From the NCBI RefSeq assembly GCF_006345805.1, contig NC_043014.1, forward strand, positions 33,418,001-33,482,000: a DNA stretch of 64,000 nucleotides, given 5' to 3'. Positions 63,015 through 64,000 of this stretch are shown piece by piece. This stretch comes from Octopus sinensis (taxonomy: Eukaryota). A program made the translations under genes and the position numbers. Positions within the stretch are counted from its first letter, which is position 1. Each line of letters opens with the position of its first letter. A model generated the notes under the pieces. It searched no databases. It was not told the origin of the DNA and worked only from the letters and a program-made list of their open reading frames with translations.

Positions 63015-64000
63015 CTGTAACACCAAAATAAGTAATAATGTACAATTGAATGAAGAAATGCAAAAAGGTAATAAATAATATCTTCAGACACAGTTACACT
63101 GTTGGTACAATAAATTGGTATGGACCCTAATATGTTACTGGTATTTATTTATAAGACAGTAAGAATGCATACCCACACATCACCAGAAAAAAAATTAAAT
63201 TTGTACAACACACTACCTCATACACATATAAACCAGATCGATGCAGGCATAGGACACTAATTCACACTTCAACAAAAACAGATGCATACAGATAATTTTT
63301 AATTGATAAAATAATTTTACAAATGTAGGAACTGTATCAAGAAGTTTTTTTTAAATTCTTAAATGTGTGCATGTATGCACATGTGTGTGTATTTATTTAC
63401 AAGACAGCATGAATGCTTGCACACACACACATAACCAAGGAAAAAAGAAACTGTATATCCTACCAAACATATAAACACACTCATAGATATCTGCTCATGC
63501 TACACAATTGCCCATACCTCAATAAAAATGTCATCATTTAACATCCATTTTCAATGTTGGCATGGGTTGGGCAGTTTGACAGGAGCTGGCCGGTTAGAGA
63601 GCTATCTAGGCTCCAATTATGTCTTTTGGCATAGTTTCTATGACTGGACGCCCTTCCTAATGCCAGCATGAACATAGATTTTTTTTAGTGAATTATTAAT
63701 GTGAAATTTATTTTTCAAATACTGTGATTGCATCGAGAACATTTTCTTGAATGTGTAAATACACATACATATCATCGTTTAACATCCATCTTCCATTCTG
63801 CTATGTGTTGGATGGTTTGACAGGATACAATGAACCAGAAGACTGCTTGAAGCACCAATGTCTGTTTTGGCATGGTTTTTTTTTTTTTTGGCTAGATCCC
63901 TTTCCTAAAGCAAACCACTTTACAGAGTGTACTGGGTGCTCATTTCGTGATACTGGCACAAGCGGATTCACAAAGTAGCTTGCTAGACAAAGGAAAAGAA

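Overview
AT-rich, microsatellite-saturated animal genomic DNA, most likely a coleoid cephalopod such as Octopus. That assignment is an inference from the SINE/LINE repertoire and repeat style, not from a database search. The only host gene I can support is the 3' part of MROH1 (maestro HEAT-like repeat family member 1 / HEATR7A) on the minus strand. I traced 14 GT-AG coding exons by hand from 63014 down to the stop codon at 17763; they total 1797 nt (598 aa + stop) and every splice phase is consistent. The 5' part of the gene lies beyond the window's right edge. The rest is introns and downstream DNA packed with mobile elements: an RTE-clade LINE with a PHD finger plus many 5'-truncated copies of its 3' end, several tRNA-derived SINE families, decayed RLE-type, L1/Tx1, RTE and Penelope-like retroelements, Tc1/mariner relics, MITE/foldback elements, Helitron-like elements and minisatellites. 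Most notable observations: (1) a dispersed ~190-bp TA-microsatellite-associated element carrying a variant minimal hammerhead-ribozyme-like motif; (2) a frame-preserving 15-nt candidate microexon in the last MROH1 intron; (3) a near-perfect 93-bp hairpin and many long intronic inverted repeats that are candidate dsRNA/ADAR substrates; (4) a minisatellite grown out of an exon's own splice-donor junction. Repeat boundaries are approximate; exon boundaries were read base by base.
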